In this document: in pieces, positions 47,094 through 56,770 of the stretch
Numbering within the stretch: the stretch's first letter is position 1
Layout: the number at the start of each line of letters is the position of its first letter
Assembly (NCBI GenBank): GCA_963713825.1
Contig: CAVQNG010000003.1
Span: forward strand, 480,001-544,000
From: an uncultured Acidobacteriota bacterium
GTDB lineage: Bacteria; Acidobacteriota; Thermoanaerobaculia; Multivoradales; JAHEKO01
Length of the DNA stretch: 64,000 bases
Reading direction: 5' to 3'
Program-made: the position numbers and the translations under genes
Notes under the pieces: model-generated
Databases searched by the model: none
The model's input: the letters and a program-made list of their open reading frames with translations, nothing else
Told to the model about the DNA's origin: nothing

Positions 47094-47840
47094 ATGGACT
47101 CGGATGTACGCATCGTTAGCCAAGGCGCTTTGACCTCCATTCCGACGGTCGAGTGGAAACAACTGGTCCTGGCAGCGATCAAGAGGGGCCGAAAGCGTCT
47201 CGACTTCATGTCCGACGAGCACCATGCGATTCGACGGTCCGCAGTCACCGAGCTGGTTCGAACCGGACAGCCCATCGCACCCGAGACCTTCTCTCGGCAG
47301 CTGGGAATCTCGACTTCGCGCACGGACGAAATCCTCGACGACCTGGAGCGCAATCTCTTCTTCTTGGTACGCAACGAAGAAGGGGCGGTCTCTTGGGCCT
47401 TTCCCGTGACGGCGGACCGCACTCCTCACGAGCTCACTTTCAGTACAGGGGAACGCCTCTACGGCGCCTGAGCGGAGGACGCCTTCATAGCGCCCTTCGT
47501 GCAAGGGCGATTGACCGACAGGTTCACCAAGGCCACGATCGAGACGTCCTGCGGCCACTGCGATCAGCCAATGCGACTGACCGTCGACAGTGAGATGAAG
47601 GTTCAAGTGGAGTTGGCCGGATCGAAACCGCTGTTCTTCGAGCCCCAGATCGACTGGCCGAGGTTCCAAGAGCCCAACATCATCCACGCCTACTGACGCA
47701 ATAGCGTCTTCTTCTGGTCAGAAGATCACGCCCTGGAGCACTTCGAAGCCGGCAAGCTCGTCGACGGAGATCTCCTGACGCTCGAGCACAGTTCGTACGC
47801 TTCACCGATCGGCCAGGCTGCCTTGTTTGGCCTGGACTGA
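47094..47840 (+). CDS. MerB (organomercurial lyase)-like protein with two predicted Sec (TGA 47469-47471 and 47694-47696)
   Basis: One frame: AFPVT...TPH...LYGA-U-AED, IETSCGHC, IIHAY-U-RNSVFF; both TGAs followed by hairpins. Confidence 0.82.
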
Positions 47841-47865
47841 TTGGCTTGGCGCGGGCTCGCCTGTC

Positions 47866-48441
47866 CTAGCTCTCTACAGCAGATTTCAGGTCGCGGGGAG
47901 AGAGAACTCCAGCCGAAGTGGCTTCCCCGGTGACGCAACGTCGGTGGTAGTCGATCTGGCCCAGATGGTAGGCGAGGTGGGCCACGAGATGGACCAGGAA
48001 TTCTCCGACAGTCGGCCGAACACCGGCGATCTGCTGCGGAAATGGACGATCCGTGGCGCCCTCTTCCAGACTGGCGAAGGTCGCATCGAGCGCGACGATG
48101 GTCTGGTCGAGCTCGCCCACAAGCTCGGCCACTGAGACGTCACGGCGACTGAACTCCGCCTCCCGGTCGCGGACGAATCCCGAGTCCCCAAGCTGTGCGC
48201 CGACGAAGTGCTGCAGGTTGCCGGCCACATGGAGACCGATCGTGCCAGCCGTGTTCGGCAGGCCTGGTACGGCACGCCAGATGTCGCCTTCGTTCTGGTA
48301 GGCCAGCAGCTCGCTCTTCAGGCCTTGAAGCTCCCGAATCATGATGCGGTGGATGGGCTCGATGAACACGACTCTACCTCCTCCAACACTGGCCGGCGCG
48401 TCGTTGCAAGGGATGACTCTTACAGGATCTCTCTTGCTCAC
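47866..48441 (-). CDS. DinB-like (DUF1572) protein
   Basis: N..G....H..GN, RDREAEF, H..YHLGQI. Confidence 0.85.
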   Translation of the reverse strand: MSKRDPVRVIPCNDAPASVGGGRVVFIEPIHRIMIRELQGLKSELLAYQNEGDIWRAVPGLPNTAGTIGLHVAGNLQHFVGAQLGDSGFVRDREAEFSRRDVSVAELVGELDQTIVALDATFASLEEGATDRPFPQQIAGVRPTVGEFLVHLVAHLAYHLGQIDYHRRCVTGEATSAGVLSPRDLKSAVES

Positions 48442-48857
48442 TCGCCGCGAGGGGACAAGCGGATCGTCGCCTTTTGCGACGCCACGACTTCGCCGCCTTC
48501 CTGACGCTCGACAGCGTAGACCACGGTGGTCCCATCAGGGCTGATCGCAATCGTGAACTCCAGGATGCCACCCGTCGGTGTCGACGAGGTCACGCTGGCC
48601 GGGTCCTCTCCCTTGGGAAACGCGAGCGTGGGCACCGACAGCACCTCGCCGCTCTCCGCATCCTGGATTTGCGCCGTCACTTCGTAGATCCCGGCCGCTT
48701 CGGAGGACGGCGCGAGATCCAACTCCACCGTCAGCCCAGCGGCCTCGACCGCTGTTGGAATGATCCCGGCAAGGACCAAGACGACCATCAACATCAGGCA
48801 TCGCAACGGGAATCGGTGCACGATCGGTCTCCTCTTCATCTCGCTGCCAATCGACAC
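48438..48857 (-). CDS. Secreted hypothetical protein
   Basis: Signal peptide, beta-rich; GTGA overlap with the DinB gene. Confidence 0.6.
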   Translation of the reverse strand: MSIGSEMKRRPIVHRFPLRCLMLMVVLVLAGIIPTAVEAAGLTVELDLAPSSEAAGIYEVTAQIQDAESGEVLSVPTLAFPKGEDPASVTSSTPTGGILEFTIAISPDGTTVVYAVERQEGGEVVASQKATIRLSPRGE

Positions 48858-48870
48858 GGCATCGGGAGGG

Positions 48871-49146
48871 TCAATGCCGAACTCCGAAATTGGAGAACTC
48901 TTCGTCGTAGTCCAGCTCTTCCACTCGCACCTGGCGCACGACCGCCAGAGGTGGGCCCTCCCCCACCCACGCGATCAGGGCATCCACGGCCGCAGTCTCA
49001 CCTGCGGCGACGATCTCCACCGAACCGTCTGCCATGTTCCGAGCGTAACCACGGACCCCCAACAGCTTCGCCTCCTGCATGGTGTTGGCTCGGAACCAGA
49101 CACCCTGCACGCGGCCCATCACGATTGCCTTGACCTTCTTCATCAT
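48871..49146 (-). CDS. acyP: Acylphosphatase
   Basis: GRVQGVWFR, G..RN..DGSVE, GPP.A.V. Confidence 0.93.
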   Translation of the reverse strand: MMKKVKAIVMGRVQGVWFRANTMQEAKLLGVRGYARNMADGSVEIVAAGETAAVDALIAWVGEGPPLAVVRQVRVEELDYDEEFSNFGVRH

Positions 49147-49238
49147 CGATCGACCCTCGAGGGGGATTGCGCGAACGATAGCACTTCGGGTACCCAGCCC
49201 CGCGTCGATACATTGGATCAGTTGCCGGAAGCGGCGCT

Positions 49239-49490
49239 CTACGAACGACTGGCCAGGGCGTTGTAGAGCCAAGCAAAGATGGCGCCGCCGATCGCACCAT
49301 CCACCAGGCCCCAGACCAGACCCGTCAGACTACCTGTGGCATTGAGTCCATAACCTCGATAGATCTGACCGATAAAGGTCATGCGATCCGACGAACCATC
49401 GAGAATGATGATCCACCAGGTTGCCAGGAACAGCCCTAGTCCCATCAGGAGTCCACAGGTGATCGCGAAAGCCTTGACATCTAGTTTCAT
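49239..49490 (-). CDS. Small membrane protein
   Basis: Y.GY.....GS..GL.WG.VDG...G..FAWLYN. Confidence 0.75.
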   Translation of the reverse strand: MKLDVKAFAITCGLLMGLGLFLATWWIIILDGSSDRMTFIGQIYRGYGLNATGSLTGLVWGLVDGAIGGAIFAWLYNALASRS

Positions 49491-49574
49491 GGCGCCCTCC
49501 TTGCAGACAGCCTACACCCACCGGGACCTCTCGCGTCTCACAACAGGCAAGAAGCCAAACTTGCCCGCCCGAGC

Positions 49575-50225
49575 TCACTCCGATTGGTTGTCGCCGAGCT
49601 CTAGCGCCAGTTCCTTCAGGTAGGCGAGCATGAACTCCGTTCGCCTCCGGGCCTCCTTGTGTCCGGCCTCGGTCTGCATGCTGTCGGCCAGCAAGAGCAG
49701 CTTGGTGTAGAAGTGGTCGATCGTGGACACCGCATCGTCGGCAGCCCGCGCCTCACAGAACGGGTCCTCGACATCGTAGAGAGGGCGTTCGAGACTGCCT
49801 CCCAGCATCAGACAGCGGGCGACCCCGATGGCACCCAGAGAATCGAGCCGGTCTGCGTCCTGAACGATCTTGGCCTCAATCGTCCGAGGAGCGATTCCGG
49901 CAGTGAAGCTGTGGGCCTCGATAGCGTGCGCAATTCCGTCGAGGTAGACCGGATCGTAGCCAGAAGTCCGGAGCCACTGGCGTGCCGTTCGAGCCGCCAA
50001 CGCGGAAGCCGTCGATCTGTTCGGAGAGTCCTTGGCGACGACGACGCAATCGTGCAACCAGGCTGCGGGAAGGACCACCTCGAGCCCAACTCCTTCGGCT
50101 GCCGCCAGGACAAGCGCATTGGCCACGACTCGTCTGACATGGTCCAGCCCGTGAGCCGGATCGGCATCGCCCCCGTCGCGTAGGTAGCTCTCGAAAACCT
50201 CTTCCCATCGGTCCTGGTCCAGCAT
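49575..50225 (-). CDS. HD-domain phosphohydrolase (YedJ-like)
   Basis: AH...H..RV, LHD, QDADRLD.LGA.G, HFY.KL. Confidence 0.9.
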   Translation of the reverse strand: MLDQDRWEEVFESYLRDGGDADPAHGLDHVRRVVANALVLAAAEGVGLEVVLPAAWLHDCVVVAKDSPNRSTASALAARTARQWLRTSGYDPVYLDGIAHAIEAHSFTAGIAPRTIEAKIVQDADRLDSLGAIGVARCLMLGGSLERPLYDVEDPFCEARAADDAVSTIDHFYTKLLLLADSMQTEAGHKEARRRTEFMLAYLKELALELGDNQSE

Positions 50226-50281
50226 GGCTCTCCTTTCGAAGACTCCGAGAGGCTCGTGCGGTGAGACCGAGCCGTACTCTT

Positions 50282-50968
50282 CTACATCGCATCCAGATAG
50301 GACGGTCCGCCGAGTTGCTCCATCTGGCGAAGGATCCAGTCGGCGCGTTCTTCCACATACGGAGAGGGTCGGCCCGGGGACATCCTCTTCGGACTTGGAA
50401 GCACGGCCGCCATCAGGGCCGCTTCCCGAGCACTCAACTGCGAGGCCGGCTTGTTGAAGAAGCCTTCGGCAGCGGCCTCGGCTCCGAAGATGCCTGTTCC
50501 GAACTCCGCTATGTTCAGATAGATCTCCAGAACTCGCTGCTTCGGCCACAGGACCTCGACAAAGACGGTGAGATAGGCCTCGAGGCCCTTCCGGATCCAA
50601 CTGCGGCCGGACCAGAGAAAGAGATTCTTGACGACCTGCTGCGAGATGGTGCTGGCGCCTCGTCCCCTGGACCCCTCCTCTTCCAGGGCCGATCGGATGG
50701 ACTCGGTGTCGAATCCGCGGTGCTCGGGGAATTTCTGATCTTCTGACGCCACAACCGCAATCGGCAGGTGGGGAGAGATCGCCTCCCACGGAACCCATCG
50801 CTGATGGACCTCCACGCCCTCGGCCTGGGCCCGCATCATGAATGCGCTCGCCGGCGGCTCGAGCCAGCGCCAGGGCAACACGATCAGAATCGGTAGGCCG
50901 ACGGCACCCACAAGCGCCAGGTAGAAGGCTCGCACCCAGCGCTTGCCGCGTTGGCCCTTCCGACTCAC
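50282..50968 (-). CDS. mtgA: Monofunctional peptidoglycan transglycosylase
   Basis: SEDQKF..H.GFD, GASTISQQ..KNLFL, RKGLE, YLN.AEFG. Confidence 0.95.
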   Translation of the reverse strand: MSRKGQRGKRWVRAFYLALVGAVGLPILIVLPWRWLEPPASAFMMRAQAEGVEVHQRWVPWEAISPHLPIAVVASEDQKFPEHRGFDTESIRSALEEEGSRGRGASTISQQVVKNLFLWSGRSWIRKGLEAYLTVFVEVLWPKQRVLEIYLNIAEFGTGIFGAEAAAEGFFNKPASQLSAREAALMAAVLPSPKRMSPGRPSPYVEERADWILRQMEQLGGPSYLDAM

Positions 50969-50978
50969 AACTCGGCCC

Positions 50979-51317
50979 TCAAGAACTTCTTGGGCTGGAG
51001 AACTCGAGAAACTCGATCGGTGCACCGTCATCGACGATGAAGGCAACGGTGACTCCATCGGAGGGGCTATTGGGCTCGATCAGGATCTCTCTGCCGGCGA
51101 TGACGGCCGCTAGATCGGGCACCTCGAAGGCGACATGTGGAACGCGCTTCACGAGGTCGGGGGTCGGGCTGTCGTCCTCGAACCTCAGCCACTCCACACC
51201 AAACGGGCTTCGATCAAAGCTCGAGATGTAGACCTTGAACTCGGGCAGGTACTCCTCGTCGTCGCGCTTCTGCTGCGTCGGAATTCCGATGTGGTGGTAC
51301 TTCAGCTCAGTCGACAC
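50979..51317 (-). CDS. VOC/glyoxalase-like protein
   Basis: YHH.GIPT, PHVAFEV.DL, G..IE.LEF. Confidence 0.75.
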   Translation of the reverse strand: MSTELKYHHIGIPTQQKRDDEEYLPEFKVYISSFDRSPFGVEWLRFEDDSPTPDLVKRVPHVAFEVPDLAAVIAGREILIEPNSPSDGVTVAFIVDDGAPIEFLEFSSPRSS

Positions 51318-51891
51318 CGTAAAACTCCTCGACGATCTCGAGCGCGGGCCTCGAGACAACGACATACGAAGGCAGCCCCAACCGCTTCCAAAGCCGGAAG
51401 CGATCTTCGGGATTCGGCTCGGACACCAGAAGCGAGATCACCGTTCCGTGGGTGACGACGGCCAGTGTCTCGTCGGGAAACTCGTCGAGCACGCCTTCGA
51501 TGGCCGTCGTGAAGCGAGTCCGAGTATCCTCGGCCGTCTCGTTGCCCACCACGACCATGTCCGGCTCGGCGAAGAACCGGCGGAAGGTCTCACGGTAGGC
51601 ATCGGCGCCGACGAATCCGAGACCGGTGCGATCGTTCTCCTGTAGATCCGGTCGAACGATATGACTACGACTCAATTCGGCGGCGAGGATCTCTGCCGTC
51701 TCTATCGCTTTCGGCTCATTGCTAGAGACGATTCGAGCGAGGTCGAAGCGTCGCAGCTTGTCAGCCAAGGGAGCGCAACGCTTGCGCCCCTCCTGGGACA
51801 GATGCCAGAACCGGGACTCCACCTGGATCTGCATCTCGGGAAGAGAGTGCTTGATCAGGACGAGTCTTGACTGCGTTTCTCGATCGGTCAT
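51307..51891 (-). CDS. Histidine phosphatase family protein
   Basis: LIKHS (RHG variant), SS...KA..TA, L.E, VTHG. Confidence 0.8.
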   Translation of the reverse strand: MTDRETQSRLVLIKHSLPEMQIQVESRFWHLSQEGRKRCAPLADKLRRFDLARIVSSNEPKAIETAEILAAELSRSHIVRPDLQENDRTGLGFVGADAYRETFRRFFAEPDMVVVGNETAEDTRTRFTTAIEGVLDEFPDETLAVVTHGTVISLLVSEPNPEDRFRLWKRLGLPSYVVVSRPALEIVEEFYGVD

Positions 51892-51922
51892 CTCGATCCG
51901 CCGAATCCTCGGCCGACTCCCC

Positions 51923-52585
51923 TCAGGAACCGGCGATAGGAATCACGTAGAAAAGCACTGCAAAGAAGTGCAGCACGCTGCCAGCCAGGACGAACAGGTG
52001 CCAGACAGCGTGGTGATATGGCATCCGACGCAATCCGTAGAAGATGACACCTCCGGTGTATGCCAACCCCCCGAGTAGCAGCAGAAGTAGTCCTCCCGGA
52101 GCCACAGCGGAAAGCAGCGGCTTGGTCGCGACCACTACGACCCAACCCATGGCGACGTAGAGGACCACCGAAACGACCGTCCACTTTCGCAACATGGTCA
52201 CCTTGAAGACGATGCCCAGGGTGGCGATGCCCCAGACGACGCCCAAAATGGACCAGCCCCAAGGCCCTCGAAGATTCACCAGCATCAACGGCGTGTAGGT
52301 GCCGGCGATGAGCAGGAAGATCGCACAGTGGTCGAAAATGCGCAGAATCGACTTCGCCCGGGCGCTGGGTATGCTGTGGTAAAGCGTCGAGGTCAAGTAG
52401 GAAAGGACTAGTGTCGCACCGAAGATACTGCAGCCGACGATGTGCCAGGCGGTGCCGCGCAGGACTGCGAACGCAACCAGCGTCGCCAGCCCAGCTATGG
52501 CGAGGAGTAGGCCGACACCATGCGTGATGCTGTTGGCAATCTCTTCAGCCGTACTGTATCGGGCCACCTGGGTTCGCGTGCTCAT
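51923..52585 (-). CDS. Hemolysin III/PAQR (TrhA/YqfA) membrane protein
   Basis: EE.AN..TH, STLYH, DH..I..LIAG.YTP, H..WH.FV. Confidence 0.93.
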   Translation of the reverse strand: MSTRTQVARYSTAEEIANSITHGVGLLLAIAGLATLVAFAVLRGTAWHIVGCSIFGATLVLSYLTSTLYHSIPSARAKSILRIFDHCAIFLLIAGTYTPLMLVNLRGPWGWSILGVVWGIATLGIVFKVTMLRKWTVVSVVLYVAMGWVVVVATKPLLSAVAPGGLLLLLLGGLAYTGGVIFYGLRRMPYHHAVWHLFVLAGSVLHFFAVLFYVIPIAGS

Positions 52586-52631
52586 CGACTGAACTCTATC
52601 TCACTGTGAACAAGATCTGCCTTGGCAAGGC

Positions 52632-53339
52632 TCACATCCCCGCTAGTGCCACCAGACTGGCCAGGTCGGGGATCTCCAGGTCGGGGGAGGCCTGCGTGGG
52701 CTTTGCAACTCCGACACCCGGGCAGCGGCTAGCACGATTCACCCAAACGGTGGTGAAGCCGAGCTGTTGGGCCGGGGCATGATCATGAAAGAGACTTTGG
52801 GCCACATGCAGTACCTGCTCTTGCGGCACCTGGAGGCGCTCCAAGGCAACTTGAAAGTTCAACAGTGACGGCTTATAGCTCTCGACCTGCTGGGCCGTGA
52901 TGACTTCGTCGAAGTCGACTCCCAAGCCCGCTTCCGTCGCGGCGAAAAGATCATCATCGATATTGGACAGGATGACCAGCTCGAAACCCATTTGCAGGCG
53001 TTGCAGAGCTTCGACACTGTCGGCAAACGGCGGCCACACTCCGACCGACTTCGGCAGCGCCAGAAAGTCGGCCTCGGACGGAGTGAATGCCAGCTCGTGC
53101 CCCATGCCATCCATCACTCCCATCAGGACCCGCTTGTAGGTCTTATAGGTACCGGCCTCCTGCTCCGCCTCGAGTCGAGCGTACAACTGCAGGATTTCGG
53201 CCTCTTCAATGGAGACCCCGTGGCGCTCCAACACGGCATTGACGGCCGAGAGAATTCCAGTCTCCCAATCGATGATTGTGCCGTAGCAATCGAACGTCAG
53301 GTGAGTGAACTTCTCGAAATCGATCATCGCAGTAATCAC
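52632..53339 (-). CDS. HAD hydrolase, haloacid dehalogenase type II
   Basis: FDCYGT.IDW, LSN, YKP, HVAQSL.HD. Confidence 0.88.
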   Translation of the reverse strand: MITAMIDFEKFTHLTFDCYGTIIDWETGILSAVNAVLERHGVSIEEAEILQLYARLEAEQEAGTYKTYKRVLMGVMDGMGHELAFTPSEADFLALPKSVGVWPPFADSVEALQRLQMGFELVILSNIDDDLFAATEAGLGVDFDEVITAQQVESYKPSLLNFQVALERLQVPQEQVLHVAQSLFHDHAPAQQLGFTTVWVNRASRCPGVGVAKPTQASPDLEIPDLASLVALAGM

Positions 53340-53376
53340 TGGGGCCGCGAGCCGGGAACTCGATTCTCGCTCTTGC

Positions 53377-53940
53377 TCATGATGCCGCGTATGCCTTTTT
53401 CATCCAGGCGACGAGCTCCGGATTCACCTCGTTGGCGGCGCTCAGACGGACCCGGTGAGAGACCATCGCATTGAAGCTCCCTGAAGCCTCGAGGCGCTCG
53501 GTAGGCTCGGCACCTTTGAGGTTGATTCCCACATCGACCCGGGTCTTCGTCGAGGGCTGAATGATCCCGAACTGCTGGTTGCGTCTCAGGCTCACATAGG
53601 CCTTCTTGGGAGCGATCTCGACGTCCGGCCCGAATTTCGAGATCTCGGCGATCAAGGCGTCGTAGATGGGGCGCAAATCCGCTTTGGGTCCAGAGTATTG
53701 GCTCTCGACCAGTTCGTTCTCCGTCGGCTGAGGCTGTCCAGCCCGCAGGGTCTCGTGGGCCACCATATTCGCGTACCCGTGGGTCATGCCGTGCTCCGAC
53801 TTCAAGAGCTTGACGATCTGACCGTGCTTCTCGAGCCCGCTGGCCCTGGTGATCTCGAGCCAACCAGCCAGGTCCTTGCCCGTCTTGTCTTCGAGATTGG
53901 CGATCATCGAAGCTGCCATTTCCTCGGGGGTCTTTGCCAT
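53377..53940 (-). CDS. DUF4287/DUF5655 domain protein
   Basis: NL..KTGK....W, LK.EHG..HG.AN, PKK.YVSL.R..QF. Confidence 0.8.
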   Translation of the reverse strand: MAKTPEEMAASMIANLEDKTGKDLAGWLEITRASGLEKHGQIVKLLKSEHGMTHGYANMVAHETLRAGQPQPTENELVESQYSGPKADLRPIYDALIAEISKFGPDVEIAPKKAYVSLRRNQQFGIIQPSTKTRVDVGINLKGAEPTERLEASGSFNAMVSHRVRLSAANEVNPELVAWMKKAYAAS

Positions 53941-53987
53941 AGGGAGTCCTCCTGCCATTTCGTGTTCGGCCAGCGACTTCAACTCAC

Positions 53988-55409
<1,422 letters not shown>

Positions 55410-55442
55410 TTCAGGTCTCCTTCGAACCGGGATCCAAGAGCG

Positions 55443-56759
55443 TCACAGCAGGAGGCGCCGCAGATCGGAAAGCAGCCCACAGAGGTAGGTCGTGAATCGA
55501 ACTCCCAGAGCGCCGTCGATGACCCTGTGGTCGTAGGACAACGAGATAGGCAGCATCAGTCGGGCAGTGAACTCATCGCCATTCCAGACCGGGCGCATCG
55601 CCGCCCGCGACACTCCCAAGATAGCCACCTCGGGAGCGTTGACGATCGGTGTGAAGTCGGTGCCACCAATGCCGCCGAGGCTGGTGATCGTGAACGACGC
55701 CCCCTGGACCTGATCGGGTCGCAGCTTGCCCTGTCGTGCTTGTTCGCTGGTCTCGGCCAGCTCTTTCGCCAGTTCGAAGACCCCCTTCTGATCGACGTTG
55801 CGGATGACTGGCACCATCAGACCCTGCTCGGTGTCTACCGCGACGCCCAGGTGGTAGTACTTCTTCAGGATCACGTGCTCGCCGTCCGGGTCGAGAGAGC
55901 TGTTGACACGGGGGAAGTGCTGCAAAGCACCCACCGTAGCTTTCATCAAGAAGGCGACGGGAGTCAGGTTGAACCCTCGAGCTCTGGCCTCTTCGGCGTG
56001 GGCGCGTCGAAACGCGTCCATCTCGGTGATGTCCGCCTCGTCGTGCTGCGTGACATGGGCAACGTGCAACCAGCTCCGGTGCACATTGGTCTTGGAGATC
56101 ATCTGAATGCGGGTCAGCGGTTGGCGCTCGACCTCTCCAAAGCGGGAGAAATCGATGACCGGCATCTCGGGTAATCCGGCAGAGCCCTGGCCCTGCGGTT
56201 GAGACAGCGTCTTCTTGACGAAACCCTGCACGTCTTCTCTCAGGACCCGCCCCTTGCGGCCGGTGCCCTTCACCCTCGCCAGGTTCACTCCGAGCTCGCG
56301 AGCATAGCGTCGAATGGCCGGGCTGGCATGAGTCGTGGTGTGCGGAAACTCGTCGACAGGAGCCGGAGACAGGTCCGCCCGCGATGCAGAGATCGTCGGA
56401 GTCGCGGGCGCAGGCGCCACGGGCTCTGCAGCCTGTGGCTTCTCCACGGGCGCGGGAGGTGCAGGGGCTTCTGGCTTCGACTCCTCCGGAGCCGGCGCGG
56501 ATTCCGCGGCCGCCGCCTCGTCGATCTCCAGCACGAGGATCACCGCGCCTTCGCCGATCTTGTCGCCCATCTTGACCTTGACCTCGACCACTTTGCCGGC
56601 GAGCGGTGATGGCACCTCCATCGTCGCCTTGTCGCTCTCCAGGGTGATGAGGGGGTCTTCGACTTCGACCGCGTCGCCCGGACTCACCAGCACCTCGACG
56701 ATCTCGACGGAGTCGAAATCACCGATGTCCGGAACCAGGATCTCTTCAGTTTTGGGCAT
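55443..56759 (-). CDS. aceF: Pyruvate dehydrogenase E2 (one lipoyl domain)
   Basis: ESDKATME, HASP..R..ARE.G, DHRVIDG. Confidence 0.95.
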   Translation of the reverse strand: MPKTEEILVPDIGDFDSVEIVEVLVSPGDAVEVEDPLITLESDKATMEVPSPLAGKVVEVKVKMGDKIGEGAVILVLEIDEAAAAESAPAPEESKPEAPAPPAPVEKPQAAEPVAPAPATPTISASRADLSPAPVDEFPHTTTHASPAIRRYARELGVNLARVKGTGRKGRVLREDVQGFVKKTLSQPQGQGSAGLPEMPVIDFSRFGEVERQPLTRIQMISKTNVHRSWLHVAHVTQHDEADITEMDAFRRAHAEEARARGFNLTPVAFLMKATVGALQHFPRVNSSLDPDGEHVILKKYYHLGVAVDTEQGLMVPVIRNVDQKGVFELAKELAETSEQARQGKLRPDQVQGASFTITSLGGIGGTDFTPIVNAPEVAILGVSRAAMRPVWNGDEFTARLMLPISLSYDHRVIDGALGVRFTTYLCGLLSDLRRLLL

Positions 56760-56770
56760 CGGTCAGCTCC

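Noticed and set aside
49239-49490. Holin-like protein as a sign of prophage
   Set aside because: No phage genes nearby; housekeeping context.
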